A DNA stretch of 64,000 bases from Prorocentrum cordatum (taxonomy: Eukaryota): assembly GCA_963575745.1 (NCBI GenBank), contig CAUYUJ010000113.1, positions 1 to 64,000 of the forward strand. The letters run 5' to 3'. The notes under the pieces were generated by a model. The model searched no databases. It was not told the DNA's origin and saw only the letters and a program-made list of their open reading frames with translations. Of this stretch, positions 61,813-64,000 are shown one piece after another; within the stretch, counting starts at the first letter, position 1; each line of letters opens with the position of its first letter. Made by a program: the position numbers and the translations under genes.

Positions 61813-62934
61813 ATGTCCAGGTGCGCAGGTGCTGCTGGAGAACACTGGGATCTGGCTGCGGGGGGCCGCCACCGGCAGGCGGAATGGCCCGTGCGATATA
61901 TTCGTCGGGAGGAGGCTTCTTGGCTAGGGGCCTCTGCGGCTCGGCGTGCGGCGAGGCGGCGCGGGCGCGTTGCCCTGGAGCGGGGCCTCTGGCGTGCGCT
62001 GGGCCGCCCCGACGGGCACTGGAGCGGAGCCGCACTCGGGGCGCTCGGCGACGAGGTGGCAAGGAGAGAGCGCCTCTCTCGGCCAACATTGGTCGCGGGG
62101 GTCATGGGAGCGCGGGCGAGGCCTGGGCACGTGCTGGTGCGCAAGTGCGCCCAACACACCGCCAGCCTGCCCGAGGACGGGGCGCCCCTGTCCGCACGGC
62201 GTCTTGCTGAGCGGGGGCCGCGCCTCCGGGAACGGTTCGAGGAGCCGACCACGCTTCCCGAGGTCCCGATGGGCCTGGACGTGGTGGACCTCGATATGAG
62301 GCCACATGCGAACCCCACCCCTACCCCCCACGATTTTTGAGGGGGAGGGTGGGGTTCACTTCGTTCGAGAGTTCCCGAGCGAAGTGAACCCCACCTTCCC
62401 CCTCAAAAATTGCGGGGGGTAGGGTTAGGGCTCGCATGTGGCCCCCTACTCGAGGCGGACCTGCTCGCGCGGGCGGCGTTGCAGGCGCCCGACGAGGACG
62501 GCGACGACTGGGTGTTCGGCGGCGGCAGCGTCGTGGAAGCGCCCGCGGCAGGCGAGGGTCGTGCCGTATCCTCGGCATATGATGCCAGGTTGGCCGCGCT
62601 GGCGGAATGTGCAGGCGAAGGGCCAGGCGATCGGTGCAACGAGTGCCTGTCCCCAGGAGTTTGGCTGGTGGGCCAGCATGCCGAAGTGGAGGCCTTCGTG
62701 GAGGGCCTGGCTTCGGGCTGGCGGCTGGCGGAGCAGCGCGTGCGGCAGCAGGTCCAGGACGTCTGGGACGAGCTGAAGGAGCTGGTCGTGCGCTCACTCG
62801 CAAACATTAGGGGCACCATGCAGTTCTCGGAACAGGTGCGGGCGGGTTCTCGCTCCTGCAGGTCGGTTCAGGATCTGCGGCGCCTCATGTCTGTCTGGCG
62901 CTCACATGACGCAGCCGTCACCGTCAAGGCCTAG
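61813..62934 (+). pseudogene. SL-headed retroposed ORF (320 aa after removing the MITE), unknown function
   Basis: The ATG lies 35 nt after the second SL. ORFs 61813..62340 and 62410..62934 fuse in frame (VVDL|EADLLARA) when 62295-62453 is removed. Confidence 0.7.
62295..62448. mobile_element. 154-bp foldback MITE with 5-bp TSD
   Basis: Arms of about 75 bp form a near-perfect inverted repeat with almost no spacer; TSD CTCGA at 62290-62294 and 62449-62453. Confidence 0.92.
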
Positions 62935-63639
62935 GGCGGCCTCCTTCGCTCTGGGCGGGGCGGCGCGGTGGCCTCGGACGGCTTCGCGACGGTCGAGAGG
63001 ACCGAAGCGGGTCGGCAGTCCGAGAGCGAGCTTGCGAGCGACTGCGCTGGCGAGGCCGATGTCGCGGCTGAGGCGGCGGCGCCGAAACCAGCGCGAGCAG
63101 GACGTAGACGACCTGATGAAGGCCTTCTGCGCGGAGATAAGCGGGCTTGAGCGGTCGCGCTCCGCTCGCGACCCGTGAAGCGGCTGCTGGAGCGCCTCGG
63201 TGCGCGCGGCGACCGCGCGGGCGCAGGCTGTGGACCCCAGGCTTGAGGGCCTGCGAGGGGCGCGTGGATTGCCGCTGCTCCCGGTGGGGGCCCTGCCCGT
63301 TGGCCCTGTGCAAGCATTGTCTGGTGCTTTGAATTTGTTGCGCATGACTCACGGGCCTCGCGGCCTTGTGTCCCCACCATATGCATTTACAAGACTGCAG
63401 CGGCGGTTCGCGCCATGTGCCTTGGTCCTTGAAGTTTGGCACGCAGGCGGAATCTCAGAAAGGCCAAGCCGACAATTTAGCGATAACTGTTTGTTGCCTT
63501 TTTCCGGTATCGCAGTTCTAATCCTTCCTCCACGTTTCTTTTTCTTCATTCTCGCCATGCCCCGCGCATTATCATTATCCTCCTCGGCTCTTTTTGCAGA
63601 GGCTCCTCCTTGGAGAGCCTCTGGGCTTCACATAAGTTG

Positions 63640-63960
63640 TTCAGGCTTTCTTGAAGCCTTCTGGGGGCCTCTTGGGCGTCTTCTGGGGGCCCCGTGGGGG
63701 TTTCCTCGGGCCGGCCTGCGTCCAACCGCGGTCTCCCTGGACGACCGGGTCGCGATTTGGAATGCTTCGGGGGGCGTATTGGGGCCATGTTGGGCTGTCA
63801 TGGGGCTCTCTCAGGTCATCTTGGAACCCTGTTGTGCCGCGTCGGGGCTCTCTTGGACTGCTTGGAAGCCCTTTCGGATGATTGTGGAGCGATTTTCGAG
63901 CTTCCCAGGCGGCTTCGGACGCCCAGGATACCGCCATCTTGGAGCGTCGGGAAGCTGAAC
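63640..63960 (-). repeat. CCCAAG-rich repeat-family copy, inverted
   Basis: TCTTGGG/CTTGGA units (reverse complement of the family motif). Confidence 0.6.
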
Positions 63961-64000
63961 AGAGGGGAACCCGAAAATTACCCCCCCCCCCAAAAAAAAA

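Overview
A GC-rich, repeat-dominated eukaryotic window. It is almost certainly dinoflagellate: there are two full-length 22-nt DinoSL spliced-leader copies at 61731-61778 and TTTAGGG telomere-type repeats at about 19290. I find no convincing intact host gene, and most long ORFs in the track are translations of microsatellites or satellites. The window is a nested collection of mobile elements. (1) A near-intact Penelope-like retroelement (40759-45990) has about 250-bp direct terminal repeats bounded by (CT)n and a GIY-YIG endonuclease placed N-terminal to the RT. It also carries two unexpected accessory modules: an RG/RD-rich plus coiled-coil domain, and a small signal-peptide/membrane ORF. 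This is the best candidate for an undescribed system. (2) Several decayed LINEs: one has an RNase H upstream of the RT, one has three copies of a 168-nt structured-RNA-like unit between ORF1 and the endonuclease, and one 5'-truncated copy sits in (CCT)n. (3) A tyrosine-recombinase pseudogene. (4) A family of non-autonomous TIR elements with 8-bp TSDs, one nested inside another. (5) A 154-bp foldback MITE with a 5-bp TSD that splits an SL-headed retrocopy ORF. (6) A Helitron-like 3' end. (7) Tandem arrays of about 63, 73, 90, 100, 113 and 343 bp, many microsatellites, and two 100-N gaps. All calls were made by eye from motifs; no database searches were run.
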